The notes beneath the pieces were generated by a model. The model ran no database searches, was not told where the DNA came from, and was given only the letters and a program-made list of their open reading frames with translations. A program made the position numbers and the translations under genes. A stretch of DNA of 61,983 nt, counting the filler. It is 6 parts of 6 records of this genome, joined end to end, with 100 filler letters (N's around TTAATTAATTAA, not from the genome) between each part and the next. Parts side by side here need not be neighbours in the genome. Positions count along the whole stretch, not along the records: positions 1 to 15,409 come from SRR20825006_2793; 5 more parts are not named here. One strand, 5' to 3'. Shown here piece by piece: positions 1-8,669 of the stretch; position 1 is the stretch's first letter, and each line of letters opens with the position of its first letter.

Positions 1-45
1 GGACGGGAGCGAAGCGACCGGTGGCGGCAAGAAAAGAGAGACATT

Positions 46-1461
46 ATGGCACAACGAAAAATCTTCGCGGGCGTCAAACTCCGCGCCCTTCGGGAACAGC
101 AAAAACTAACCCAGGCCGAATTCGCCACGCGGCTGGACATTTCCACATCTTACATCAACCAGCTCGAAAACAACCAACGCCCCGTCACTGCGGCGATTAT
201 GTTGTCGCTGGCGGAGAATTTTAATGTCGATGTGACCAGCCTCCTGGCCGACAAATCGGACCGACTGATCATTGATCTGAAAGAGATTTTTGCTGATCCC
301 CTTTTCGCCGATAACCCGCCCGGACTGCAAGAACTGAAGTCCCTCGCCACCAACACCCCGCAAACCGCACATGCTTTTATGCGGCTTTATGAGGCCTATC
401 GGAAATCCAATGAGCGCATGGCCGGGGTGGACGATGTGCTGATGCGCGAGCAGGCTGGCAATTTGCAAACCTCTTATGAAGAGGTGCGCGATTTCTTTCA
501 TTATGCCGATAATTATATCGACCCGTTGGACCGCGCGGCCGAGGATTTGGCTGGCGAGCAGGCTCTGGATGGCCACGACAAAATGGAGCGGCTCGTCAAA
601 TATTGCGAGCGGGTGCACGATTTGACGGTTGAATTTGTGATGCCCAACAAGCGCGACATGATCCGGCAATTTGACAGGACGCGGCGCGTGATCCGGCTCA
701 ACACCACCTTGGACAAATCGACCCAGTTTTTCCAGCTCGCCAACCAATTGGCGCTGCTGGAGCAAACCTCGCTGATCAACCAAATCTTGACCGACGCCAA
801 TTTCAAGCGCGACGAAGCCCGCGCCATCTGCCGCATCGGACTGGCCAATTATTATGCGGGCGCACTGCTGATGCCCTATAGTCAGTTTTTGAAAGAGGCG
901 CAGGCCGTTCGTTATGACATTGAAATCATGGCCCAGCGCTTTGGCGCCAGCTTAGAGCAAGTGGCCCACCGCCTCTCCACATTGCAACGCCCGCAATTGC
1001 GGGGCATTCCGTTTTTCTTCGCCCGGGTAGACCAAGCAGGCACCATCACTAAGCGCCACTCCGCCACTGCTTTGCAATTCGCCCGGTTCGGCGGCGCTTG
1101 CCCCTTATGGAATGTGCACCGCGCGTTTGAATCCCCACAGAGGATCATCCGCCAGCGCGCCGAAACGCCAGATGGCAAACGCTATTTGTGCCTGGCCTGG
1201 GCCAGCGAAAAACGCGCCGGCGGCTTTCGCCAACCCACCCGCCGCTATGCCTATGCATTGGGGTGCGAAATCGATCATGCAAGCGAATTGATCTATTCAG
1301 ATGATTTGGATATTGGCGCGGACGCCGCGTTCGACCCCATCGGCATCTCCTGCCGCACTTGCGAACGCCGAATTTGCACCCAACGGTCCGTGCCGCCCAT
1401 CGCCGCAGAAATTTCCATCACCCCAGACGAGCGCAGCGTGGTGCCCTACGAAATTAACTAG
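46..1461 (+). CDS. pccR: ScfR-family (short-chain fatty acyl-CoA) transcriptional regulator, PccR/PrpR-like
   Basis: N-terminal XRE HTH (LTQAEFATRLDISTSYINQLENNQRP), IrrE-like middle region without HExxH, C-terminal EQVAHRLSTLQRP, GGACPLW and CRTCERRIC motifs. A PccR-type operator lies just downstream. The family is secure; the exact orthologue is less certain. Confidence 0.8.
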   Translation: MAQRKIFAGVKLRALREQQKLTQAEFATRLDISTSYINQLENNQRPVTAAIMLSLAENFNVDVTSLLADKSDRLIIDLKEIFADPLFADNPPGLQELKSLATNTPQTAHAFMRLYEAYRKSNERMAGVDDVLMREQAGNLQTSYEEVRDFFHYADNYIDPLDRAAEDLAGEQALDGHDKMERLVKYCERVHDLTVEFVMPNKRDMIRQFDRTRRVIRLNTTLDKSTQFFQLANQLALLEQTSLINQILTDANFKRDEARAICRIGLANYYAGALLMPYSQFLKEAQAVRYDIEIMAQRFGASLEQVAHRLSTLQRPQLRGIPFFFARVDQAGTITKRHSATALQFARFGGACPLWNVHRAFESPQRIIRQRAETPDGKRYLCLAWASEKRAGGFRQPTRRYAYALGCEIDHASELIYSDDLDIGADAAFDPIGISCRTCERRICTQRSVPPIAAEISITPDERSVVPYEIN

Positions 1462-1516
1462 CACCCAGATGATTACCTGCACCACACAACCTAAAATGGC
1501 AAAAATCGACCGTAAA

Positions 1517-1536
1517 GTTGCAAATCTTGTTGCAAA
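1517..1536. promoter_or_regulatory. PccR/ScfR-type operator GTTGCAAA-N4-GTTGCAAA
   Basis: Exact 8-bp direct repeat with a 4-nt spacer. Each half is one mismatch from the Rhodobacter PccR motif TTTGCAAA-N4-TTTGCAAA. Confidence 0.65.
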
Positions 1537-1854
1537 CCCAACAATTTTCTGGCAGCATAATCAAACGGAATATGGTTCTTGGAAACGCGAGAACTACCAG
1601 ATGTATCAATGGGTTAAAACCTTTTCGCACTTGCCAAAAGCATAGCCTCGCGTTCAAAGATTAAACCACGCCCGCCAAAAACTGTTCTTTATGCAGAATG
1701 TCGACTTCTGGATGGTTTGGTGCGTCCGCACTTCCCGAAAATAATTATAAATCATCGCTAGAAATTAGTTGGATCTTCCTCGGAAGACGATCTTTTACTG
1801 CCTTATAGCTAGTGCAAGAATCTGCTAATTTGAAACCTCTACTTTGGGGGGCTT

Positions 1855-2895
1855 ATGGGCAAGAAACTGGTTTTTGTTGTGGGTGCGGGAGCAAGTGCAG
1901 AGGTAAAATTACCAGTTGGCACCACGCTCAAAGGAGAAATAGCCAACTTACTCAATCTCAAATCAGATGGTTTCAACTTAGTCAGCGGAGATGCCGTTGC
2001 TTGGGAAGCGGTTAAGATATTTGCGAAAGAGAAGCAGATATCTGATGTAAACCTACTGCGCACAAAATGCGTGCATATAGCGGAAGCAATGCCATTGGCG
2101 GAGTCGATTGATAATTTCGTTGAAAACAAGAAAGACGATGAACTTCTTTCATTTTGTGCAAAATTGGGTATCAGCCGCGCGATATTACAAGCAGAAAAAA
2201 ACTCAACACTTTATAGGGTTGCCAAGCAACACAAACCAGATTTTAGCGAGCTCAACAACACTTGGTATATCGCACTTTTTAGAAAAATTGTGGAACAATG
2301 CAGTCGCGACGAACTTGAACAACGTTTAGATCAGCTGGCTTTCATCGTTTTTAATTACGATCGTTGCCTTGAAACTTTTTTGGAAGTTTCAATTTCTAAC
2401 TACTATCAAATAAGTATTGAAGAAACGCGCCTCGTACTGCGACATCTAGATATTTATCATCCTTACGGAAAACTAGGCAGTATTGAGCCGTCAAATGCCG
2501 AGGGCCCTATTAAGTTTGGCACCAGTGCAACTCCAATAGAATTAATCAAATCTGCTTCTCAAATCAGAACTTTTACCGAGGGTATTGATGAGCAAAATAG
2601 TGACATTCTGAAAGTAAGAGATATTTTCCGCGAAGCGGAAAAAGTATGTTTTTTGGGTTTCAGTTATGTCCCACTAAATCTTAAGCTCTTGGATGCACAC
2701 GAAGCAGTCCACGAGCGAAACACAAATACATATATTGGGACTTCAATGGGCCTTTCTGAAAACACCCGCACGTCCATAGAGAGCTTTTTGGGTAAAGGGC
2801 AAAGGATACACAGATCAAAACTCATTGAACTGAAAGATACAACCTGCTGCAATCTATTTCATGAATTTGATCGCCAACTTTCCCTAGTGACATAA
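1855..2895 (+). CDS. SIR2-like (SIR2_2-type) domain protein, stand-alone
   Basis: Motifs VFVVGAGAS, FNYDRCLE, IYHPYG and FLGFSY in sirtuin-fold order. Visibly more AT-rich than the flanking genes. Confidence 0.7.
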   Translation: MGKKLVFVVGAGASAEVKLPVGTTLKGEIANLLNLKSDGFNLVSGDAVAWEAVKIFAKEKQISDVNLLRTKCVHIAEAMPLAESIDNFVENKKDDELLSFCAKLGISRAILQAEKNSTLYRVAKQHKPDFSELNNTWYIALFRKIVEQCSRDELEQRLDQLAFIVFNYDRCLETFLEVSISNYYQISIEETRLVLRHLDIYHPYGKLGSIEPSNAEGPIKFGTSATPIELIKSASQIRTFTEGIDEQNSDILKVRDIFREAEKVCFLGFSYVPLNLKLLDAHEAVHERNTNTYIGTSMGLSENTRTSIESFLGKGQRIHRSKLIELKDTTCCNLFHEFDRQLSLVT

Positions 2896-2928
2896 AAAAA
2901 GCGCGGGAACTTGCCCGCGCTATCTTTT
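2894..2928. terminator. Bidirectional intrinsic terminator
   Basis: A-run, AGCGCGGG-aacttg-CCCGCGCT stem and T-rich tail, between convergent genes. Confidence 0.75.
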
Positions 2929-2943
2929 CTGATGCTTCAGAAT

Positions 2944-3144
2944 TTAAACCTGAATATCAACCAATCGCCCGGTGCCATCGGCAGGTGGCGCTTTGGTTTC
3001 GTCAGTTTTCTTTTCAGCAAACTCCTCAACCGCCGTTTTCTTGGCTTCGAGTTGCTCCACTTCGCCCTTTTCCTTTGCAGGCGGCGCTGGTGGCTCGGAA
3101 CGTACATATTGTACGGGCTGACTCACCGGTGAAATTGAACTCAT
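2944..3144 (-). CDS. Small hypothetical protein (66 aa)
   Basis: Good RBS (GAAGGAG) before the ATG; ends GRLVDIQV; followed by the terminator. Confidence 0.6.
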   Translation of the reverse strand: MSSISPVSQPVQYVRSEPPAPPAKEKGEVEQLEAKKTAVEEFAEKKTDETKAPPADGTGRLVDIQV

Positions 3145-3253
3145 ATTGCGTCTCCTTCGATCAGCATGGGTTGATTGCCTTCGTGAAAAGACAATGCTCC
3201 ACCGCGAAGCCTACGCGTTGGCTGATAAGGAGCTATTAGGAGTTTGGGTAAAA

Positions 3254-4192
3254 TTAGCTGAAAACTTTATTGAACGATTTCCCCGCCCCGCTCCAGCGTT
3301 CCCCTTCGGAGAGAAGGACCATCTTTTCTTCCAAGAAGCTGCGGAACGCCCGCACACGGGTGGGCATAAGGCGGCGATCGGCATAGACCATGAACACGTG
3401 CCGCATTTCAGTTTCATATTCCGGCAAGAGCTGCACCAAACGGCCATCGCGCATGGGCTGCCGCATGTAAAAGAGCGGGCCATACATGATGCCCATGCCA
3501 TTAATTGCCGCCTGCACAACCGTGCGGATGGAATTGATGCTATAGCGTGGTGTGGGGAAAAACTCGAACCGTTCCCCATCGACCCGAAAGCCCCAGCCCT
3601 TTTGCGGATCAGAGGTGAGTAGGTCAAAATTTGGCAAATCCTGCGGCACAGTCGGCTTGCCCTTTGCTTCGATATAGCTCGGCGCAGCGCCGACGCACAT
3701 TTGCGTGTCGAGCAATTTCCGTTGCACCAAACTGGGCTGGGTGGGCGGCACCACCACCAAAGACAAATCCAACTGATCTTCAACAAAATGCTGATCGGAA
3801 ATGGCAAACTTGATCTGAATATCCACCTGAGGATGCTGCGCCAGAAACTCAAGCGACCAATCATGCAAATAATCAATCGCCATGCTCTCCGGGCAGGAAA
3901 TGCGGATTGAGCCTGACAGGACATCCGCCCGATCATTCAAGGCAGAAAGTTGCTCCTGAAGTTGCGAAAAATCATCGCTGAGCGAATTGTAATAACGCTC
4001 CCCATCAATTGTGAGCTTGAACTGCTTGGCATGGCGATGCACCAGCTTGTGCCCCACCTGCTCCTCCAATTGTGCCAAATGGCGCGACAAGGTGGGGGCG
4101 GAAATATTCAGCTTCTGCGCCGCTTTGGTGAGACTGCCCTCGCGCACAATTTCACAAAAATGGTGCAGCGCATTCAAATCCAATGATTTCAT
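3254..4192 (-). CDS. LysR-family transcriptional regulator
   Basis: N-terminal HTH GSLTKAAQKLNISAPTLSRHLAQLE plus a CrgA-like substrate-binding domain. Confidence 0.93.
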   Translation of the reverse strand: MKSLDLNALHHFCEIVREGSLTKAAQKLNISAPTLSRHLAQLEEQVGHKLVHRHAKQFKLTIDGERYYNSLSDDFSQLQEQLSALNDRADVLSGSIRISCPESMAIDYLHDWSLEFLAQHPQVDIQIKFAISDQHFVEDQLDLSLVVVPPTQPSLVQRKLLDTQMCVGAAPSYIEAKGKPTVPQDLPNFDLLTSDPQKGWGFRVDGERFEFFPTPRYSINSIRTVVQAAINGMGIMYGPLFYMRQPMRDGRLVQLLPEYETEMRHVFMVYADRRLMPTRVRAFRSFLEEKMVLLSEGERWSGAGKSFNKVFS

Positions 4193-4281
4193 TTTTGAAA
4201 TTTAAACTTCCAAAATTCGATATTTATCCAACAATAATGAAAGCATATATTTTCCTCATCACCAAGAAAAAAGGTTTTGAG

Positions 4282-4518
4282 ATGAACAAACTTCCCGCAA
4301 AATTTCGCCAGCCAATTGTCGGCCTCGGCATCATGATTGTTATGCTATCAAGCTTGCCCGCCATTCTGGTTTCGCAAAATTTGCCCCCGCAAGCAGACTT
4401 TGGCAGCGCCTATTTTAACGCAATCGGCCAAATTGCACCTTATGCCATTCCGTTGGGCATCGGCTCAGCCATCCTGTTCAATTTGCTGGCAAATTTCTTT
4501 ATCGAGAAAGTGCGATGA
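4282..4518 (+). CDS. Small two-TM membrane protein (DUF2798-like), divergent from LysR
   Basis: ATG at 4282 gives MNKLPAKFRQ followed by two hydrophobic segments. Confidence 0.5.
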   Translation: MNKLPAKFRQPIVGLGIMIVMLSSLPAILVSQNLPPQADFGSAYFNAIGQIAPYAIPLGIGSAILFNLLANFFIEKVR

Positions 4519-4611
4519 GCATTTAAGGCAAGAGTGACAAAGCGTCACCCTTGCCTTTGGGCCCGATAAGCGATAGCGCTAGTGCATAGATTGTCTGACA
4601 AAGGCGAACCC

Positions 4612-5268
4612 ATGGCGAAGGCGCAAGAAACCGACACACAGCACAAATGGCATGAAGATATTCAAGCCCTTGTTTTAGGCACACTTTTGGTGGCCCTTGG
4701 CGTGAGCATGTATAAAGCCGCCATGCTGGGCACCGGCGGCATTAACGGCCTTGCCCTTTTGCTGTCTTACACTTCGCCATTTGAATTCGGCCTGCTGTTC
4801 TTTGTGTTGAACCTGCCTTTTTACTGGCTGGCCTATAAACGGCTCGGCGTAGCCTTCACCGTCAAAACATTCGCGGCTGTGGGCCTTGTGTCACTGTTCG
4901 CGCAACTCACCCCGCAATGGATCAGCTTTGATATGCTGCACCCGGTTTATGCCAGCCTTGTGGGCGGTGGCATAATTGGCGTTGGCTTGCTGATCTTGTT
5001 TCGCCATAAATCCGGCTTGGGCGGGGTGAATATTTTGGCGGTTTATCTGCAAGATCGCTATGGCATCCGCGCTGGCTATTTGCAAATGGGTGTGGACGCG
5101 GCAATTTTGTGCGGCTCATTCTTCGTGCTGAGCTGGCAGCAGGTTGCCCTGTCTATCATGGGTGCTGTGGTGCTGAACCTCGTGATCGCCACCAACTTCC
5201 GCCCCGGCCGCTATGTTGGGTTTTCCGGTGCCTTTTTTGCACAAAGCAAAGACGACAAAACGGATTAA
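4612..5268 (+). CDS. YitT-family membrane protein
   Basis: HKWHEDIQAL, TGGINGLALL, LNLPFY and SGLGGVNILA motifs. Start inferred at MAKAQ. Confidence 0.88.
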   Translation: MAKAQETDTQHKWHEDIQALVLGTLLVALGVSMYKAAMLGTGGINGLALLLSYTSPFEFGLLFFVLNLPFYWLAYKRLGVAFTVKTFAAVGLVSLFAQLTPQWISFDMLHPVYASLVGGGIIGVGLLILFRHKSGLGGVNILAVYLQDRYGIRAGYLQMGVDAAILCGSFFVLSWQQVALSIMGAVVLNLVIATNFRPGRYVGFSGAFFAQSKDDKTD

Positions 5269-7979
5269 ACTTCACCCTCATAAAGCGGCAGGCTGACCCT
5301 GAAACAGGCGCCATCGTCTGCCCCTTTAACAAGGTCAATCTTACCCTTCATCCGCGCAATAATTTGCGAGGAGATGGCAAGGCCAAGGCCAGACCCAGTT
5401 TGCCCGCTGCTGGCGCCACGCTGGCCCCGTGCAAATTTTTCAAACACGCGTCGCCGATCCTTTGCAGCAATGCCTGGCCCATTATCCTGAAATTCAATCA
5501 ACAGCCGTTTGCCGCTGGTGCTGAACCGCACCTCAACAAATGGGTGATCCGCATCATTATATTTAATCGCATTGGTGATGAGATTGATAAACACTTGCGC
5601 CAGACGGTCAGCATGCCCCAGCACCAGCGCTTCGGCGGGCACATTATGGCGCTTTATCTGCATCTTCTTCTGCCGCGCCAGGCTTTCACAAACAGATACG
5701 GCACGGTCCAACGCGCTCACCACGTCGACTGGCACATTGGTCCAAACCTTTTCGCCGCGCTCCAACGCGCTGAGATCCAAAATCTCGTCTAACAACTGAG
5801 TTAGCCGCAAACTCTCCGTATGGATGGTCGACAGAAAACGCTGGCGATCATGCGCATCCAATTCATCAGGCTCCAGCAGAATTTCAGAGAAGGAACGAAT
5901 GGAGGTCATCGGGGTGCGCACTTCGTGGCTCACTTGCGACAAAAACTCGTCCTTTTGCTGATCAAGCTCACGCAGCTTGGCATTGGCATCTTGCAATTTC
6001 TCAGCTGTCAGCCGCAGCTCCTCAGACTTCTGCTCCAACTGTTGCGAATATTCTATCACTTGCTGAGTTTCGTCAGCAATCTTCATCACTTCCTGCAAGG
6101 AGATATTGTCGCCAGAAACCACTTGTGAAATCATGACGTGCGCCGAGGCGGCACCGATAGAGCCTGCCAATTCCTTTTCCAGCAAGGCAATAAATTCAGG
6201 CGTGGGTTCCAAGTTGGAACGGCTGCGCCCCTGCTCACGCGCAAAACTGTCGAAAACCGATCCGGCCCGCTCTGCTCCCAGCACGCGCTGAGCCACAAAG
6301 AACAAATCATTGGTGGCAGCGGAAGTGCGCATGAACCGCGTTTCAATGCCCGGCATCCGCCGAAACGCATCCACAAACAACGCGCTTTGAATACGCTCAA
6401 GCACCGATTGGGAGGTAGAAAGCGACACAACGATCAACGCAATCGTGTTGGCAAACAAGCTCCAAAAGACCGAGTGCACCAATGGGTCCAAACCGGTGAG
6501 GCCAAACAAGGCCTGCGGTTTCAAAAACTCAATGCCATAAGGGCCATTTTGCACCCAATGGGCAACGCTGATGCTCGATTCCTCAAAGCTGGGAACGAAC
6601 ATGGAATATGCCCAAACCACAAAGCCAATGGACAGCCCTGCCCCTGCACCCTTTGCCGTGGCATCGCGCCAAAACAAAGCGGCAATGATGGCGGGCAAGG
6701 TTTGGGCCACCCCTGCAAAGGAGATCAGACCAATGCGCGCCAACGCGCCAGAACCATTGGTGAGCCAGAAATAAAGAAAGCCAAGCCCCAAAATCACACA
6801 GATTGAGATACGGCGGCTGGTGAGCAGTAAATCCGTTACCCCACCACTTTCCTCATCATCTCGCCGCCCAGGCAACCGCAACGCAATGGGCACCACAATA
6901 TGGTTGGACACCATGATCGATAGCGCAATGGAGGCAATAATGATCATGGACGTCGCGGACGAGAACCCACCAATAAAGGCAAACAGGGCCAACCCCTCCT
7001 GCCCAAAACTCAAGGGCAAGGTCAATACAAACATGTCTGGGTCACTACCCGGCGGCAACATAGCGGTGCCCACAATGGCGATGGGCAATGTGAAGATGCT
7101 GATCGCAAACAGATAAAGCGGAAATGCCCAACTGGCCGTGCGCAAATGGTTTTCGTTGGAATTTTCAACAACGGTAATCTGAAACTGGCGTGGCAAACAA
7201 ATGATGGCAGCGGCGGAAAGTACCGTCATCGCCACCCAGCGTGAATTGAAGCCACCATATTCAAACGCATTGATCTGCGCCGCATCCGCGCGGGCAAACA
7301 CCTCAGAAAAGCCATCGCCCAGCCCAAACACCACAAATATGCCGACCGCCAACAAGGCAATTAGCTTGATGATCGCCTCGAACGCAATCGCAGCCACCAC
7401 CCCATGATGCTGCTCCTTCGCGTCCACATTTCGCGTGCCGAACAAAATGGTGAAGATGGCCATGGCCACCGCAACGCCTAGTGCCAACCGCACATCGTCC
7501 ACATTCAAGCCCGGTTGATCGACATTATCGCCCAACGTCATAACGTTGAGGCTGGAGGTGATCGCTTTAAGCTGCAGCGCGATGTAAGGCGTGGTGCCGA
7601 TCACAGCAATCAAGGTCACCAACACAGCCAAGCTGGAGCTTTTGCCAAAGCGTGACGAAATCAAATCGGCAAGCGATGTGATCCGCTGAGTACGACCCAC
7701 CCGCACCAGCTTGCGCAACCCGAACCACCAGCCCACAAACACCAAGGTGGGGCCAAGATAAATGGTGAAAATCTCATAGCCCGTGCGGGCGGCAGACCCC
7801 ACGGCACCATAAAAGGTCCAGCTGGTGCAATAAACGGAAATGGCGAGCGTATAAATAAGGGGTGAGCGCAAGAACTTGCCAGCGGACCCTTTGGCCCAGC
7901 GCTCGCTGAAATAAGCCAGCGCAAACAACAGCACTACATAGCCAAGCGCAATCAGAATGATGAGATTGGTGGCGATCAT
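5265..7979 (-). CDS. CrbS/CbrA-like sodium:solute symporter (SLC5)-STAC-histidine kinase
   Basis: SLC5 motif YCTSWTFYGAVG, STAC-like LAGSIGAASA segment, H-box SHEVRTP (His685), and N/G boxes (NAIKYN, DNGPGI, GSGLGL). No PAS or receiver domain is evident. Confidence 0.92.
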   Translation of the reverse strand: MIATNLIILIALGYVVLLFALAYFSERWAKGSAGKFLRSPLIYTLAISVYCTSWTFYGAVGSAARTGYEIFTIYLGPTLVFVGWWFGLRKLVRVGRTQRITSLADLISSRFGKSSSLAVLVTLIAVIGTTPYIALQLKAITSSLNVMTLGDNVDQPGLNVDDVRLALGVAVAMAIFTILFGTRNVDAKEQHHGVVAAIAFEAIIKLIALLAVGIFVVFGLGDGFSEVFARADAAQINAFEYGGFNSRWVAMTVLSAAAIICLPRQFQITVVENSNENHLRTASWAFPLYLFAISIFTLPIAIVGTAMLPPGSDPDMFVLTLPLSFGQEGLALFAFIGGFSSATSMIIIASIALSIMVSNHIVVPIALRLPGRRDDEESGGVTDLLLTSRRISICVILGLGFLYFWLTNGSGALARIGLISFAGVAQTLPAIIAALFWRDATAKGAGAGLSIGFVVWAYSMFVPSFEESSISVAHWVQNGPYGIEFLKPQALFGLTGLDPLVHSVFWSLFANTIALIVVSLSTSQSVLERIQSALFVDAFRRMPGIETRFMRTSAATNDLFFVAQRVLGAERAGSVFDSFAREQGRSRSNLEPTPEFIALLEKELAGSIGAASAHVMISQVVSGDNISLQEVMKIADETQQVIEYSQQLEQKSEELRLTAEKLQDANAKLRELDQQKDEFLSQVSHEVRTPMTSIRSFSEILLEPDELDAHDRQRFLSTIHTESLRLTQLLDEILDLSALERGEKVWTNVPVDVVSALDRAVSVCESLARQKKMQIKRHNVPAEALVLGHADRLAQVFINLITNAIKYNDADHPFVEVRFSTSGKRLLIEFQDNGPGIAAKDRRRVFEKFARGQRGASSGQTGSGLGLAISSQIIARMKGKIDLVKGADDGACFRVSLPLYEGEV

Positions 7980-8227
7980 TGATCACGATCCCGCTCGGAT
8001 CGCCCGGCACGCGGTTCAGGCTCGTCACGCGGCAACAAGCGCGCCAATGCAAATGAAGATGCAATCAAAAAGAACCAAACGCCAAACAGATAGGCAAATA
8101 TGGTGGGCAGGCCAAATATGGTGCCCCCACGATCAAACAAATGCACAATTGGCGGCATAATCAAAATCGCACCAAAGATTGGCAAAAAGAAACCAAACCC
8201 TTCGCTGCGCCGCCTGTTCGCCATCAA
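7976..8227 (-). CDS. Small two-TM membrane protein, probable partner of the SLC5 kinase
   Basis: 83 aa with two hydrophobic helices and a GLP motif. Overlaps both neighbours by 4 nt, suggesting translational coupling. Confidence 0.7.
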   Translation of the reverse strand: MMANRRRSEGFGFFLPIFGAILIMPPIVHLFDRGGTIFGLPTIFAYLFGVWFFLIASSFALARLLPRDEPEPRAGRSERDRDQ

Positions 8228-8607
8228 TCCACCCTTTGCTCGTCACCGATCAGGGCTTTAACAGCGCCCACCACATCGCTATTCGCATAGGGCTTGGTGA
8301 CAAAACTGTTGGCCCCCAACTCCTCGGCAATTTTCCGATCTTGCGCTTGCCCCTTTGCGGTGAGCATCAGCACCGGCAACTTTGCCGTAGCTTCATCTTG
8401 CCGCAATTGTTTAAGCACCTCAAAGCCAGACTTTTTGGGCAACATCACATCCAAGACAACAATGCGCGGCTTGATTTCGCGCACTGCCCGCAATGCGGCT
8501 TCCCCATCTTGAGCGGATCGCGTCGACCACCCCGCACGACGCAAAATAAAGTCGAGAGAGTCCAGAATACTGGGCTCGTCCTCAACGATTAGGACATCTA
8601 TGGTCAC
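8224..8607 (-). CDS. Stand-alone response regulator receiver domain
   Basis: GTG start after a GGAGGAGG RBS. VLIVED, VLDVMLP (phospho-Asp), LTA and TKP motifs are intact. No output domain. Confidence 0.92.
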   Translation of the reverse strand: MTIDVLIVEDEPSILDSLDFILRRAGWSTRSAQDGEAALRAVREIKPRIVVLDVMLPKKSGFEVLKQLRQDEATAKLPVLMLTAKGQAQDRKIAEELGANSFVTKPYANSDVVGAVKALIGDEQRVD

Positions 8608-8669
8608 AAATTCCTCCTCCTCGCAATCGAACCTCCCAATTCGATTACCCGCGAAACATAGGGCGAAAA

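Noticed and set aside
46-1461. IrrE/ImmA-like metallopeptidase activity in the ScfR regulators
   Set aside because: HExxH is absent (LANQLA here; MARLYG in the paralogue), as expected for non-catalytic ScfR proteins.
1572-1664. Short ORF MVLGNART... downstream of the PccR-type site
   Set aside because: Only 30 codons, weak RBS and no recognisable motif; cannot be supported as a CDS.
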